In this document: positions 60,371-64,000 of the stretch, piece by piece
Position numbering within the stretch: the first letter of the stretch is position 1
Layout of the letters: each line of letters starts with the position of its first letter
Assembly (NCBI GenBank): GCA_973895155.1
Contig: OZ316893.1
Location: forward strand, 23,981,420 to 24,045,419
Direction: 5' to 3'
Length of the DNA stretch: 64,000 bases
From: Marsupella aquatica
Lineage: Eukaryota > Plantae > Marchantiophyta
Made by a program: the position numbers and the translations under genes
Notes under the pieces: generated by a model
What the model saw: only the letters and a program-made list of their open reading frames with translations
Told to the model about the DNA's origin: nothing
The model's database searches: none

Positions 60371-61666
60371 TTTCTCGATTAAGAGATATCACAATCTCGT
60401 CAGAGTCACAAACTTAGCCGCTACAAATTGATTTCTTTGATTACGTTGTCATCTTTTGTCCACAATGCTTGCTTCCTGGCTTGAATTGTTCGCATCTCTT
60501 AGATAGTCTTCAACTAAAGCTCACTCTGAACACAGGTTGACGTCAAATGCAGCCTCTATGTCAAAGAAACAATTGTTGGTCTTTCCCTCACACCATAGCT
60601 TTCTTAAATAAAAATAACTACAAATCCTTTATGTGAAGTGATGGCTCGTTCGTTTTGTGTGTTCTTCCCACCGAATTGACAAGCGCTCTTTCGCCAACAG
60701 CTGAGTGTTGTGCTCTAGTCTGTCTTGTGACGGTAAATCACAAACAATCAATCAAGAATGATTGAAAGATGATTTCTCCAATGTGTGAGCAAAACCTGTA
60801 AAAAAACTCAATTTCTCCACATTCAACCTTCCGTTTGATAAATCTCTATCTTTTGAGCATCAGGAGACTCAAAATCGTCGGTTACCGCCTTGCTGAAAAT
60901 TGATTTCACTTAATCACACACACATTCCTTGGATGAACATGGGGGTCCACGGATTAATTGTGAGTTGAGAGAGAGCAAACAGTTCTCACTCTATTTTACT
61001 AAGTATTTAGCTTATGCCTAGCCAAAACGGTTGTTATTAGTTTGTAAAATTTTTTTTTGCAAAAGTGCACCCAATGTATGACAATGACCACGGCAGTCCC
61101 TGTGTAAAAGAAAAATTAAAATTAAAATGACCACGGCAGTGTTAGTTCTCCAGTATATGGCTTTTTCTCTCTCTATTTGTCCCAGTATTTTGCTTATGCT
61201 CACAGTATAAGCCATCTTAATTTACAAAAAGGAGCCAAACAAAGTACAAATATAATACTAAAAGCAAAAGATGTCCAAAGGGGACAAACACCATACTCAA
61301 AAGAAGAGGACAAATGCAAACCCCCAAACATAGAACGAGGAAAAGAAGGGAAAAAAAGGGGAAAAAAGGAAAGGAAAAGATATATCATGCCGACATATCA
61401 TGCCAATAGTGTGGAGCTAAAGGTCCACTTCTAGTATTGTACTAAACCTACTAGTGGTGCATGGATGTCTTCTCAAGAGGCAAACCTTTGCTGAGACACA
61501 CTAGTACCCAGGATTAAAGAAATTATATAGATTGCTCGAGTTTAAGCACATTGTATCATGTCATTAAAAAACATTATTTTGGTCTTGAGGAAAAGCCCCA
61601 AATACTGGGGAGGAGAGAGCCCGGTCCCAAACTTCACCAGGCGGGATATTTCACCCCACCCTGCAT

Positions 61667-61790
61667 CTATGTAAACCCAAGATGAAAACTCATTCCTAAA
61701 GCCAAAAAGACCAAAAATAAATACAATGTAAACCCCAGATGAAAATTAATTTCTAAAGCCAAAAAGACCAAAAAGACCAAAAATAAAAAC
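61667..61790. repeat. Short tandem duplication upstream of RPB6
   Basis: ATGTAAACCC.AGATGAAAA...CTAAAGCCAAAAAGACCAAAAA occurs twice. Confidence 0.8.
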
Positions 61791-62181
61791 ATGGGCAAGG
61801 AAAAGGTACTACTGGAGAAAAAATATGTTTCAAAATGATCCATGCAAGTTTAGTGAATTCATCCTAGTTTCTTCTCAAGCCGTGGAGTCTATGGGTTTAG
61901 GGTCCCTCACATGAGAATGATATTTCTGTCGGATCAATTCCGACTCGTTAAAGTCTTTCCTTGAGGTCTGATCCTCTCAATGTTTTAGGATTCATTTCTT
62001 CGTTCGATTTGGGGTTCTGCAGCTGAATCGTTTCTCACTGTGATTAGTCTTGTTTTGGGTTCATACTTGTCTTCGTTTTTAATCTTGAGACTTTCGAAGC
62101 CAAGGTCCAGAGTAAACACCAGACGAGCAGCTCTTGCACTGCAGGTCGAGAGCTGAGGAAACCAAGAGAGGAGAACTAGCG

Positions 62182-63726
62182 ATGGCTGACGAGGAGGATT
62201 ACAACGACGATGGCGCGTATGTTCCTTCGTCGTCTGCTGTTTTGTTCTGTGCGATTGTGGATGGTTTAGGCGCTGCTGAGAGAAGGATGTTTAAAGAAGT
62301 GACTGGATGTGAAGCTTTGGTTTATTCTAGGGTTTAGTTGTTTTATGAAATGTCACTAGTTTGACTCAAACTTGCTCGATTCCTGGAATGTAGTTACGAG
62401 GAGGAGCCGATTGAGCCTGAAGTAGAGGTGAGTAGGTAGGGCTTGAAATTCTGATTTTCCGGGATGGTAGCAGAGTCCAGAGGCGATTTTGATGAATTTT
62501 CCTTCTGGCTGGGGATGCGTATGTTGCCCTATACGGTGGACGCTGAGAAAGCGTCTCTTGGCCCTCTCTGGCTGTTTAGGGTGAGGAAATTGAGGAAGAA
62601 GAAGAAAATGCGGAAGGGCGTGTGGGCTTGGACCCTTTTGCTGCACCTGATGTGGACATCCTCGAGTCGGAAGTTGAGCCGGCGAGTGATAAACCGCGGA
62701 AAACTACGAAATACATGACCAAATATGAGAGGGCCCGCGTGCTTGGCACCCGAGCTCTTCAGATCAGGCATGCGTCCTTGGCACAGATCCACTGCGATGA
62801 ACATTGGGTGTTTATTGCTAGTATCGAGTTGGGATTTGGGGTCTTTTCTTGTGCTTGACTCCTGACAGCTTCTCTTTTTCAGAATCGGGTATATAAACTG
62901 ATAAGCCGTCGTTCGTCTTGTTTTCATCACAGTATGAATGCACCCGTCATGGTGGAGCTTGAAGGAGAAACTGATCCTCTTGAGGTACTTTTTTGAAGCG
63001 AGCGATTGGTGGATCGCCAGTGAATTCTCTTTGACCTTTTGGTGTTCAGATAATTGCCCAAGAGCTTCTTCTGGGTAAAAGCTACAGTGTGATAGATTTA
63101 GAGTTCTTCTCTACGACGTTTAGGTCTTATTTGTAGTGAACTGCCATTTTGCATTAAGAACATGTAAGAATCAGGGTTCTGCCTGGATTGCCTGTTCAGA
63201 TAGCCATGAAAGAGCTTCGTGTGCGTAAAATTCCGTTCACCATACGGCGGTATCTTCCAGATGGCAGGTACAGTCCCTTCGTTGAAACTCCAAGCAAGAA
63301 CATGCCAGTTATTTTAAAAAACGGTGTCTACTTCACTCGTAGCGGAGGTTTGACTGTCAACGGGGCGAATTTGGTATTCTGGCTGTCTGTGCTTGGACCT
63401 GTTTGCCATGTACAAGACCCATTTGGGGCATTTGGAGAGTCTTTTTGAGACGTTAACGGTTTAGGTAGATGTCGAAGTTGGGCTGTGGAGGTTCTTGATA
63501 ATCTGTGGGTTATTTTCTGCATATTAGTTCACTGTGACGAGCCAAAATGTCTATCTGGGGACATTGATGCCTGTCCTTCGAAAGAACCCTAGGGTAAGAG
63601 TATCAAGGAAATGGGATTTTCTGTTCAAGCTTCTCCAATATAGTTACTTGTTGTGGTCGCAGCTACGAAGACTGGGGTGTTGATGAACTCATCGTGGAAG
63701 ACTCTTGGAGGCGGCAAGTGGAATGA
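62182..63726 (+). CDS. RPB6: DNA-directed RNA polymerases shared subunit RPB6 (RPABC2/NRPB6)
   Basis: Exons 62182-62216, 62394-62427, 62580-62767, 62933-62984, 63200-63267 and 63663-63726 give ...[85 protein letters not shown]. Confidence 0.97.
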
Positions 63727-64000
63727 GAATTACGAAAGATGTACAAGAAGTTTCACTAGTGTCCTGCAGCGAGTAAAGATGGACCTTGCCAAGAATCTTT
63801 TCAGCGGAACTGACAGCGAATGGGAGGTCTTACCTTTAGGGTTTACATATGACAAAGACGAGCTAGTGTCCCAGGAGACTGATGATGGAGATCAGCAGGA
63901 GCCGAAAGGAACAGCAATGCGGATTTTCTGATGTTGTTTCTCGAGTATAGTAAACTGAAAGGGGACTTGCTGTGTTTCCAACACATGAGCCAGAGTGGGG

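Noticed and set aside
1-64000. Functional cluster linking RDR, RPB6 (shared with Pol IV/V) and the transposons as a silencing system
   Set aside because: The genes are about 60 kb apart with unrelated genes between; nothing in the sequence shows co-regulation.

Overview
Eukaryotic, intron-rich land-plant DNA; a bryophyte such as a liverwort is my inference. There are no prokaryotic features. In order along the window: the 3' half of an alpha-clade RNA-dependent RNA polymerase (DLDGD motif on a small exon the ORF track misses); a >1,400-aa multi-exon coiled-coil protein with an unrecognised ~147-aa triple repeat; a ~2-kb long-TIR DNA transposon with a MITE nested in its left TIR (each with its own 8-bp TSD); a GT92/DUF23 glycosyltransferase; a complete but decayed Ty1/copia element (344-bp LTRs, TSD ATTTG) beside a diverged inverted solo LTR; a 10-exon URB2/Npa2 gene; a frameshifted XPF/UVH1 pseudogene; a 5-exon COX6B with an acidic N-terminal extension; an intronless LURP-one/Tubby-C2-like gene whose splice acceptor and ATG are tandemly duplicated; several minisatellites; and RPB6 with a GC-AG intron. 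Exon boundaries were read by eye from splice sites and phase continuity. Protein family calls rest on recalled motifs; no database search was run. I found no clear-cut new biological system. The best leads are the repeat-bearing coiled-coil gene, the duplicated acceptor/uORF, and the nested TIR elements.
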